Positions 54,601 through 64,000 of a stretch of DNA of 64,000 bases are shown here, in pieces. The notes under the pieces are model-generated. The model saw nothing but the letters and a program-made list of their open reading frames with translations. It did not search any database and was not told where the DNA came from. The stretch is from Dudresnaya verticillata (taxonomy: Eukaryota), in NCBI GenBank assembly GCA_977862235.1, contig OZ374565.1, forward strand, positions 2,604,001 to 2,668,000. The letters run 5' to 3'. Both the position numbers and the translations under genes were made by a program. Numbering within the stretch: the stretch's first letter is position 1; the number at the start of each line of letters is the position of its first letter.

Positions 54601-56268
54601 GGCAGAAGCTGCCCTCCTGGACCCCGCGCAACGGGTGGGGTTTGCGCAGTTGGTACCTCTCGAGTAGCAGGTACCGGTGCAGGAGGCGGCTCCTGGCTGT
54701 CCGGGATTCGTCGCGGGGCTGGCAGGATATCGTCCGCTGGCTCGCCGTCCTCGGGTTGCGTCTCCGTGACCGCGTCCAGAGCAGGAGACTGTGATGGCGC
54801 GGCTACAGTTTCTCACGGCTCGGTGTCGTCAATTGGTTGGACGGGACGTGGGAGAACGCCGGAGTGCGAGTAGCGGGACATGCGCTGCAATTCTTGTACC
54901 GCATACTGTACATGCCTTCACTGTTCATGCGGGAGCTACAGTGGGTGGGCATGTACTTGTTGTGAGTCACACAGTACCATACTCCATAGTCCAGGAGCTG
55001 CTGCTTGAGAGGCTCGATGTCGGTCCTCGTCGGTGGTCCTCGCCTGCCAGGAACATGCATCTTCCGCAGGTGCATGAGTAGCGCTTCTACAGTAGGCAGT
55101 GAGGACGACTGGCAGCCCAGAGGACAGCTGGTACTGTTTGTCGGGCGGTGTTTTGCCGAAGGCATAAAGCATGGAGAGAGCCATACCTTCGGCATGTCGG
55201 GGTGCTGCTGACCAATCATGGTTACAGCGCTGGGTAAGGTACCTGTAAAGGTCCTCTACAGTAGGTTCCCACGGGGCACAGACCTCCTAACCGGGACGCA
55301 AGCCTGTCGTCCGTCGTCAGTCTGTTCGGGACACCTCCAGAGGGTGCTACAGGTGGCCTTGCTGCGAGATGAGGGCCTCTTCGCAGCGTAGGGCGCGAGA
55401 TCGCGCACTTTGCGCACGAGCTCGCGCAAAAGGGCGCGCGTGTTAGCGTTCGTGCGCGCAGAGTTATCGGACGTTCCCTTCCCTGCCGCAGCTGAGAAGA
55501 CTCTCTTCACTGCGGTCCTGTAACGCGCGGTACTTCTCGTTTGCACAAGCTCTCAATGGGGTCGCAGAACCACCGTTTACCTGTGAGTGCCCACAGGATT
55601 TTTGGCCTCCCCCGAAGGTTCGCTGGCAGGACGTTCGCTCGATCTTAGAAGGGGTGGTTTCAAAACAGGATCCACCAGGCTTAAGCCACGTTACCCCAAC
55701 TTCGACGTTGCTTGGCACGTTTCTGCGATGAGCTTGTGGGTCACGAGCCGCCTACCACTCAAGGTCGAGGGTCTTTGGCGATTCCCACACTTGTAGGTCT
55801 CTCGGCACTTCCCGAAGGAAGATTTTACAGGACAAGCCTGGCCTTTACCAATCTGTCAGTTGAAGGGTGTGAAACCCCTCTGTCGACAGTCCACGGCAGC
55901 CTAGACAGAGTCTAGGCTGTGCCGGGTACAAGCAAAACGCGTACAGGGCCAGGGAAAGAAAGATAAGTCAGTGGGGCCCGGGCAAATTTCAAGGTGAGGG
56001 ATCACCTTAAAAGTAAGCGCAAAATAGGAAACGCGTGACCGTCGGCGACGACGGCGGCGGCGACGGCGGCGACGACGACGGCGTCGCGGCGCAGATCGGC
56101 GGCGCGGAAAGAGACAAAAGTAGACCGCGCTCGCCCGCCCGCGAAGGTGAAGGGCTGAAAAACCCCGCACCGACGCGCCGTCGCGCGCTCGAACAGGCGG
56201 CACCGCCGCCGAAAAGATCGGTGCAGAACTTGCTGAGAAATCTCCGAAACAAAAAATTCGGCAGATCG
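51631..56268 (-). mobile_element. Copy L, full length
   Basis: 5' junction identical to copy H; followed by the 3' part of 5S. Confidence 0.96.
51732..55219 (-). pseudogene. RT/RLE ORF of copy L split by a 1-bp deletion near 54813 (138 aa + 944 aa)
   Basis: CAGTTTCTCACGG here versus CAGTTTCTTCACGG in other copies; could be a sequencing error. Confidence 0.75.
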
Positions 56269-56274
56269 GTACTG

Positions 56275-56319
56275 AGTACTGAGGTGAGGGATCACTCTGG
56301 AATCGCCAGTGCCGAATGT
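56275..56319 (+). pseudogene. 5S rRNA 3' part (+76..+120) closing the E-L stack
   Basis: TSD + GGATCAC...GCCGAATGT + terminator. Confidence 0.95.
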
Positions 56320-57408
56320 TTTTATTTTTTTGCACCTCATTCCTTCCTCCCCGCCGCCCTCTGCGTACATTGCTGCCTTGCATACCTCTCCCACAGAATC
56401 CCCGACCCACTGCCTCTGTACAGCGTATTCTTTTCACTCGCACTTTTCCCCTTTTCTTGTAAGTGGGAGGGAGTCTGAGAGTGTTTGCAGGTGTCTAGGG
56501 GTTGTTTAGGGTTAGGTCTAGGGTTAGTTTGGTTACTGTGGTACGCGAGGGGCATGATATTGGGAGGGTAAAGGGTCTAGTGTTGGTGCATGGAATGAAT
56601 CATGGTGGTGGAAGGAATGGATCAGTGTGGTGGATGAATTGGATTTAGGGACATAGAATTGGATTAGATTTAGTACCCAGAAGATTGGATCAAGGATCAC
56701 CACAATCGGATCAAGTCTGGTGGCTGGGGTGAGGGTGGCTTGGACGTTTGTGCTCATAACTTTGGAACGGCTGGGGCTAGGGAGCTGCTCAGTAGCTGAA
56801 TCGAAGCGTCTCGTTGCTGCGCATTGCGTAGCGCTCTTACCCTCCTAAATCGACTTTTTGGCGCGTTTCTATGGTGCAAAACGTCCCCACGGGCCGTCGG
56901 CAGCTTTTGAGCAGATCAAATAGGGGTTTGGGGCATGTATGGTTATGGGTGGGTTTAGGGGTGTTAGGGATGTGTCATTTTAACGCGTTTAGGAGTGTAG
57001 GGAGTGGGAATGAAAGTAGTAAGGATGAGGAAATGGAAAGGGAAGGATGAGAAAGTATAGTACAATGCAGTAATACAAATCACGGAATGCATCAGGTTGG
57101 GATCCAATAAGGGTGGATGGATTGGATCAACGGAAGTCAAGGCGTTATAGGATTGGATCTAGGGGCTCTGTAAATTAGATTGGGTGCTGGTTTCATTGAA
57201 CCAAGGGGTCAGAACGTCCATGAGCTGGTTGACTGTATTTATATTGAATCCTGCGTTTAGAGTAAATGGTATACGGTTATGGGTCATTACTTTAATGCTC
57301 CACGTGTACACTACAGTCGGATGGACATTGGACGCAGGAGTCTTTAGTCGATGACGGGGAGTGCAGTTGATGGCGCATTTAAATAGGGGTACGGCGGGAA
57401 CAGCAAGC

Positions 57409-57497
57409 ACATTCGGCCATACTACGCAGACATGCTCCGTATCCCATCCCGAACTGCGAAGATAAGTCTCGTCAGGCTGGTTTAGTACTGAGGTGAG
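57409..57497 (+). pseudogene. 5S rRNA 5' part (+1..+89), interrupted by copy M
   Basis: Same breakpoint. Confidence 0.95.
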
Positions 57498-58256
57498 TTC
57501 AACTTTATAACAGGTGACCATATTCTAATATTTGTCGACGTACAATCTACTGTAGTATCACAACAAAGTTAAACCCCAACTCAAAACAACCTGCACATCT
57601 ACACCTCCTGTTGGATCCCTTCCATCAGGCACTTGACGTTGTTCTGCACCAGTCGCGCCGCGTGCCTGTGGAACAGAGCCGCTCGCGAAACACCGCGAGT
57701 TACCATGGCCCGAGAAGCCACGGTATCCGCCAACTCTTGCATATACTTGTGCGCCTCCGGGTGCCAGCCACCTAGTGTGGTCATCGGCACCGGCACAAGC
57801 CTTGCCCCCGGTCCGGCAGCCTGGATGAAGCCACGATAAGTCCGCACCTTGTCAGCGTGGGCGTTCTTCAGCGTCCCTTGCGGGTTTGTTATGCAGCTGA
57901 GAATGCGTTGTTCTGACGACAGTGGATGACTGATTGTGACGTCCAGGTAGTCCGTTCCTCCTTCTGTTCCAAGCGCCTTGATGTCCGGCCGATCCAGGTG
58001 AGCCCCCACAGGGCGGGGCTCCACAATCGGGGTGCGTGTCGCACGTTTCAGATCCGAAGCCAGCAGACGAACCTGAGAGTCGTGGCGCCACGACCGAGGA
58101 GATCCGCTGTTCCGCATGCCGTTCGGACAAATCAGCAGATGGTCGCCGTGAACATCCATCATCTTCTTGCACCCGGCCCGAGGACACTCCGTGTCGGGTT
58201 CCAGCAGTGGAATCCGACAGTAGAATCGAAGCCATACGCGGTAGTCCCGATCCGCA
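57498..58256 (-). mobile_element. Copy M, 5'-truncated (~0.76 kb)
   Basis: Stops at GATCCGCA; followed by a doubled target site. Confidence 0.95.
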
Positions 58257-58270
58257 GTACTGAGGTGAGT

Positions 58271-58314
58271 GTACTGAGGTGAGGGATCACTCTGGAATCG
58301 CCAGTGCCGAATGT
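58271..58314 (+). pseudogene. 5S rRNA 3' part (+77..+120)
   Basis: GTACTGAGGTGAGGGATCAC...GCCGAATGT. Confidence 0.95.
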
Positions 58315-59403
58315 TTTTATTTTTTTGCACCTCATTCCTTCCTCCCCGCCGCCCTCTGCGTACATTGCTGCCTTGCATACCTCTCCCACAGAATCCCCGA
58401 CCCACTGCCTCTGTACAGCGTATTCTTTTCACTCGCACTTTTCCCCTTTTCTTGTAAGTGGGAGGGAGTCTGAGAGTGTTTGCAGGTGTCTAGGGGTTGT
58501 TTAGGGTTAGGTCTAGGGTTAGTTTGGTTACTGTGGTACGCGAGGGGCATGATATTGGGAGGGTAAAGGGTCTAGTGTTGGTGCATGGAATGAATCATGG
58601 TGGTGGAAGGAATGGATCAGTGTGGTGGATGAATTGGATTTAGGGACATAGAATTGGATTAGATTTAGTACCCAGAAGATTGGATCAAGGATCACCACAA
58701 TCGGATCAAGTCTGGTGGCTGGGGTGAGGGTGGCTTGGACGTTTGTGCTCATAACTTTGGAACGGCTGGGGCTAGGGAGCTGCTCAGTAGCTGAATCGAA
58801 GCGTCTCGTTGCTGCGCATTGCGTAGCGCTCTTACCCTCCTAAATCGACTTTTTGGCGCGTTTCTATGGTGCAAAACGTCCCCACGGGCCGTCGGCAGCT
58901 TTTGAGCAGATCAAATAGGGGTTTGGGGCATGTATGGTTATGGGTGGGTTTAGGGGTGTTAGGGATGTGTCATTTTAACGCGTTTAGGAGTGTAGGGAGT
59001 GGGAATGAAAGTAGTAAGGATGAGGAAATGGAAAGGGAAGGATGAGAAAGTATAGTACAATGCAGTAATACAAATCACGGAATGCATCAGGTTGGGATCC
59101 AATAAGGGTGGATGGATTGGATCAACGGAAGTCAAGGCGTTATAGGATTGGATCTAGGGGCTCTGTAAATTAGATTGGGTGCTGGTTTCATTGAACCAAG
59201 GGGTCAGAACGTCCATGAGCTGGTTGACTGTATTTATATTGAATCCTGCGTTTAGAGTAAATGGTATACGGTTATGGGTCATTACTTTAATGCTCCACGT
59301 GTACACTACAGTCGGATGGACATTGGACGCAGGAGTCTTTAGTCGATGACGGGGAGTGCAGTTGATGGCGCATTTAAATAGGGGTACGGCGGGAACAGCA
59401 AGC

Positions 59404-59492
59404 ACATTCGGCCATACTACGCAGACATGCTCCGTATCCCATCCCGAACTGCGAAGATAAGTCTCGTCAGGCTGGTTTAGTACTGAGGTGAG
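59404..59492 (+). pseudogene. 5S rRNA 5' part (+1..+89), interrupted by copy N
   Basis: Same breakpoint. Confidence 0.95.
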
Positions 59493-62400
59493 TTCAACTT
59501 TATAACAGGTGACCATATTCTAATATTTGTCGACGTACAATCTACTGTAGTATCACAACAAAGTTAAACCCCAACTCAAAACAACCTGCACATCTACACC
59601 TCCTGTTGGATCCCTTCCATCAGGCACTTGACGTTGTTCTGCACCAGTCGCGCCGCGTGCCTGTGGAACAGAGCCGCTCGCGAAACACCGCGAGTTACCA
59701 TGGCCCGAGAAGCCACGGTATCCGCCAACTCTTGCATATACTTGTGCGCCTCCGGGTGCCAGCCACCTAGTGTGGTCATCGGCACCGGCACAAGCCTTGC
59801 CCCCGGTCCGGCAGCCTGGATGAAGCCACGATAAGTCCGCACCTTGTCAGCGTGGGCGTTCTTCAGCGTCCCTTGCGGGTTTGTTATGCAGCTGAGAATG
59901 CGTTGTTCTGACGACAGTGGATGACTGATTGTGACGTCCAGGTAGTCCGTTCCTCCTTCTGTTCCAAGCGCCTTGATGTCCGGCCGATCCAAGTGAGCCC
60001 CCACAGGGCGGGGCTCCACAATCGGGGTGCGTGTCGCACGTTTCAGATCCGAAGCCAGCAGACGAACCTGAGAGTCGTGGCGCCACGACCGAGGAGATCC
60101 GCTGTTCCGCATGCCGTTCGGACAAATCAGCAGATGGTCGCCGTGAACATCCATCATCTTCTTGCACCCGGCCCGAGGACACTCCGTGTCGGGTTCCAGC
60201 AGTGGAATCCGACAGTAGAATCGAAGCCATACGCGGTAGTCCCGATCCGCAATGTACGTCTTCATGCCTGGTGCCGGCTGGCACTTGAGCCAGTCCTTGG
60301 CGCCCGGCACGCCAAGGGAAGCTCGGAAAGCTTGCGTCCGCCTGTCCCCGAGCGGCAGCTCGGCTTGCACTTTCTTCAGAACCAACCGCGTCAAGTCCCG
60401 CTGGCGCGGGCACTCGTCGCTGTCGATCTTCTCCAGGTCCAGGGCATCCTCACTATGGCACTTGGCGCTCCAGTCTTCGTGCGCTTCTACTGCAAAAGGA
60501 TCGTCAGAAAGAGCAGTGTTCACAGAAGCGGGTAAGATAGAACGCAGTAAGTTGCGGGTCAGTGAAAGGGACGCCAAAAACGCGCTCGAGTTCATGTCGC
60601 CAGCTCCCGAAATACCGATTCCGAAGCTGGGCTCTTTCGTGCGCAGGGGAAGCTGAAGTTCGCGGAAGGTGTCCCTCGGTAGGACTCCTCCCACGAGCTT
60701 GCGCATGCAAGCCTCAATCTTCTGGTCGAAGAGCTCGGCGCCCTTTGCCGTGGCGGATGATGGAACTACTCGCAGCAGGTAGTTCAGCCGGCAGACTCCG
60801 GCACAGTTGCGGAGTAGAGTGATGGCCACGTGTAGGTCTTCTAGTCCCGAAATTGCGTCCAGCAGGGGCTGGATGGACTCGACATGGCCATTCACGCTCT
60901 CCTCCATGTAGTTCTGCGTTCCAATCGGAGCCTGAAGTACTGTAGTGCCTTCTCCGTAGCTCTGCCCAAGATCCGACGGGTAGGCAGCGCAGTCTTCTGG
61001 GTCGGGTGCAGTAGGCCACCAAACAGTACACTTGTCCATGCGCAGGTGGAAGCCATAGCCCTTAGCTTCCTCGGAGTCAAAGAAGGACAGAACCTTCCTG
61101 AGTACGGCGTGTTTCGCCACGATGACGCCGTCGTCCAGGTAGAACAGTGACAGCAGCAAGTTGTTCGCCCCCTCCGCTTGCTGATTGCGGCCCGAGCGCC
61201 GCAGGTCGGCGGTGAGTTCCTTCAACTGTTTGATCAGTGCCTGCAGCACCAAAGCAAACAGTAACGGCCCGAGCGGGTCACCTTGCTGTACACCAGTGAC
61301 ACTCCGCAGTAGAGTGTCACCCATCCACAGGTGCGGGCCCTCAGAGTCATAACAGTATCTGACCCACGGTAGTAGTTCAGGCATATGTCGGCGGACCTCC
61401 TTCATGAATGCTTTGCGGCTGACAAGGTTGAAGGCATTCTTCAAGTCCACTTGTAGCAACCCGTAGGACTTGTCATGGCCGTGAGACTTCTGCAGCTTCC
61501 GGACCGCGTGTACAATGGCTTCTGTGCCGCCCGAGGTTGCGACCCCGAGCTGAAGCGGTTCGAGGTATGCCTTGGCCTTGGGAGCGACTCTGGTCATGAG
61601 CATAGAGCTCACGAGTCGTCGGATTGTCTCTCCTACAGCAATGGGGCGGACACCGCCGGTGCGCTTCTTCAGAGCCGTGAGAGGAGCGCTGGCAATCCAA
61701 GGCGACAGCTCCGCAGGTCCTGCGCCGCTGGCCAGCACGTTGACCATTTTGGTGAGCCCGCCAAGCAGGCCCGTGTGCTCGTGAGTGGTCGGGACTGAGA
61801 GCAGTTCCTGCAGATGCGTCGGTGATAGTCCTGTTCCCCCCGAGGCCGAAGCCCGGGGGAACTTGGCCACTGCTTTTCGTACTTCGTCGGCTGTGAAAGG
61901 CACGAAGTCAGGCATGGTCGGCAGCGGTTCGGACTGGTCAAGCTCGTGGTCCGCGTCGGTTTGCGGTACGGACTGCGGGTGCTTGTCCTTCATGGACTGT
62001 ATCACAGAGTCTGTGGCTGGGGCGATTCCATCAGAGTCTAGAGCTGCTGCTGCCTTACTGTAGGCGCCCTCCTTTGCAAGGCGAAGGGCTCGTGAGGCAT
62101 TGATACGGCGTTGCTCTTCTGCGGAAGGCGCAGTCTGCTCACGGAATGTCGAGCCCTTCAAGGCCTCCTGCCATAGGGCGTCGTAATCCTTGAGTCCCCA
62201 GCGTCGGATTCGATCGCGGAAGGTGCCGATCGAGGACGCAGAGGTTGACGCGCTGGCCCTTGCACTCGCGGCGGGAGGATTGGACAAGACGGCTGCTGGA
62301 AAAAGCAGGAATGCAGTGAGCTCTTTGGTGGCTTCCTGAGAGTTGGTTGCGTTCGTAAAAGCCCATACCGTCTTGGACAGTGCGTCGCGCACCTCGGCGC

Positions 62401-64000
62401 GGACGCGAGACGGTATATGTGTGACCATAGGGATATGCGAGCGACAGATGTCTTCGACCGCCGGCAGAAGCTGCCCTCCTGGACCCCGCGCAACGGGTGG
62501 GGTTTGCGCAGTTGGTACCTCTCGAGTAGCAGGTACCGGTGCAGGAGGCGGCTCCTGGCTGTCCGGGATTCGTCGCGGGGCTGGCAGGATATCGTCCGCT
62601 GGCTCGCCGTCCTCGGGTTGCGTCTCCGTGACCGCGTCCAGAGCAGGAGACTGTGATGGCGCGGCTACAGTTTCTTCACGGCTCGGTGTCGTCAATTGGT
62701 TGGACGGGACGTGGGAGAACGCCGGAGTGCGAGTAGCGGGACATGCGCTGCAATTCTTGTACCGCATACTGTACATGCCTTCACTGTTCATGCGGGAGCT
62801 ACAGTGGGTGGGCATGTACTTGTTGTGAGTCACACAGTACCATACTCCATAGTCCAGGAGCTGCTGCTTGAGAGGCTCGATGTCGGTCCTCGTCGGTGGT
62901 CCTCGCCTGCCAGGAACATGCATCTTCCGCAGGTGCATGAGTAGCGCTTCTACAGTAGGCAGTGAGGACGACTGGCAGCCCAGAGGACAGCTGGTACTGT
63001 TTGTCGGGCGGTGTTTTGCCGAAGGCATAAAGCATGGAGAGAGCCATACCTTCGGCATGTCGGGGTGCTGCTGACCAATCATGGTTACAGCGCTGGGTAA
63101 GGTACCTGTAAAGGTCCTCTACAGTAGGTTCCCACGGGGCACAGACCTCCTAACCGGGACGCAAGCCTGTCGTCCGTCGTCAGTCTGTTCGGGACACCTC
63201 CAGAGGGTGCTACAGGTGGCCTTGCTGCGAGATGAGGGCCTCTTCGCAGCGTAGGGCGCGAGATCGCGCACTTTGCGCACGAGCTCGCGCAAAAGGGCGC
63301 GCGTGTTAGCGTTCGTGCGCGCAGAGTTATCGGACGTTCCCTTCCCTGCCGCAGCTGAGAAGACTCTCTTCACTGCGGTCCTGTAACGCGCGGTACTTCT
63401 CGTTTGCACAAGCTCTCAATGGGGTCGCAGAACCACCGTTTACCTGTGAGTGCCCACAGGATTTTTGGCCTCCCCCGAAGGTTCGCTGGCAGGACGTTCG
63501 CTCGATCTTAGAAGGGGTGGTTTCAAAACAGGATCCACCAGGCTTAAGCCACGTTACCCCAACTTCGACGTTGCTTGGCACGTTTCTGCGATGAGCTTGT
63601 GGGTCACGAGCCGCCTACCACTCAAGGTCGAGGGTCTTTGGCGATTCCCACACTTGTAGGTCTCTCGGCACTTCCCGAAGGAAGATTTTACAGGACAAGC
63701 CTGGCCTTTACCAATCTGTCAGTTGAAGGGTGTGAAACCCCTCTGTCGACAGTCCACGGCAGCCTAGACAGAGTCTAGGCTGTGCCGGGTACAAGCAAAA
63801 CGCGTACAGGGCCAGGGAAAGAAAGATAAGTCAGTGGGGCCCGGGCAAATTTCAAGGTGAGGGATCACCTTAAAAGTAAGCGCAAAATAGGAAACGCGTG
63901 ACCGTCGGCGACGACGGCGGCGGCGACGGCGGCGACGACGACGGCGTCGCGGCGCAGATCGGCGGCGCGGAAAGAGACAAAAGTAGACCGCGCTCGCCCG
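59493..64000 (-). mobile_element. Copy N; 5' end runs off the window
   Basis: Colinear with the full-length copies up to the window end. Confidence 0.95.
59594..63082 (-). CDS. 1162-aa RT/RLE protein, copy N
   Basis: Intact ORF. Confidence 0.96.
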   Translation of the reverse strand: MIGQQHPDMPKVWLSPCFMPSAKHRPTNSTSCPLGCQSSSLPTVEALLMHLRKMHVPGRRGPPTRTDIEPLKQQLLDYGVWYCVTHNKYMPTHCSSRMNSEGMYSMRYKNCSACPATRTPAFSHVPSNQLTTPSREETVAAPSQSPALDAVTETQPEDGEPADDILPAPRRIPDSQEPPPAPVPATREVPTAQTPPVARGPGGQLLPAVEDICRSHIPMVTHIPSRVRAEVRDALSKTVWAFTNATNSQEATKELTAFLLFPAAVLSNPPAASARASASTSASSIGTFRDRIRRWGLKDYDALWQEALKGSTFREQTAPSAEEQRRINASRALRLAKEGAYSKAAAALDSDGIAPATDSVIQSMKDKHPQSVPQTDADHELDQSEPLPTMPDFVPFTADEVRKAVAKFPRASASGGTGLSPTHLQELLSVPTTHEHTGLLGGLTKMVNVLASGAGPAELSPWIASAPLTALKKRTGGVRPIAVGETIRRLVSSMLMTRVAPKAKAYLEPLQLGVATSGGTEAIVHAVRKLQKSHGHDKSYGLLQVDLKNAFNLVSRKAFMKEVRRHMPELLPWVRYCYDSEGPHLWMGDTLLRSVTGVQQGDPLGPLLFALVLQALIKQLKELTADLRRSGRNQQAEGANNLLLSLFYLDDGVIVAKHAVLRKVLSFFDSEEAKGYGFHLRMDKCTVWWPTAPDPEDCAAYPSDLGQSYGEGTTVLQAPIGTQNYMEESVNGHVESIQPLLDAISGLEDLHVAITLLRNCAGVCRLNYLLRVVPSSATAKGAELFDQKIEACMRKLVGGVLPRDTFRELQLPLRTKEPSFGIGISGAGDMNSSAFLASLSLTRNLLRSILPASVNTALSDDPFAVEAHEDWSAKCHSEDALDLEKIDSDECPRQRDLTRLVLKKVQAELPLGDRRTQAFRASLGVPGAKDWLKCQPAPGMKTYIADRDYRVWLRFYCRIPLLEPDTECPRAGCKKMMDVHGDHLLICPNGMRNSGSPRSWRHDSQVRLLASDLKRATRTPIVEPRPVGAHLDRPDIKALGTEGGTDYLDVTISHPLSSEQRILSCITNPQGTLKNAHADKVRTYRGFIQAAGPGARLVPVPMTTLGGWHPEAHKYMQELADTVASRAMVTRGVSRAALFHRHAARLVQNNVKCLMEGIQQEV

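Noticed and set aside
4348..59492. Recurrent GTACTGAGGTGAG read as CRISPR repeats, LTRs or att sites
   Set aside because: These are target-site duplications of 5S sequence. No cas, integrase or recombinase gene is present, and the RT is non-LTR type rather than group II intron, retron or DGR.

Overview
Eukaryotic 5S rDNA tandem array (1,209-bp unit, 120-nt 5S rRNA gene on +) heavily invaded by one family of ~4.65-kb site-specific non-LTR retrotransposons on the - strand. The element has a single 1,162-aa ORF (N-terminal Zn finger, RT, CCHC, PD-(D/E)xK restriction-like endonuclease) with CRE-clade-like motifs. There are 14 copies (A-N), covering roughly 50 of the 64 kb. All 13 visible 3' junctions read GTGAG|TTCAAC, which corresponds to insertion after nt +89 of the 5S gene, inside box C and antisense to 5S. 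The target-site duplication is about 10-14 bp (AGTACTGAGGTGAG) and there is no poly(A) tail. Copies stack head-to-tail, up to 8 (~31 kb) inside one 5S gene. Seven 5S genes are intact and five units are disrupted. The most striking feature is in the element's 5' UTR: a mimic of the 5S internal control region, with a 10-bp box A match and a 14-bp box C match at exactly the native spacing. The box C match spans the element's own insertion point. The 5S sequence resembles florideophyte red-algal 5S as I recall it, but host identity is unverified.
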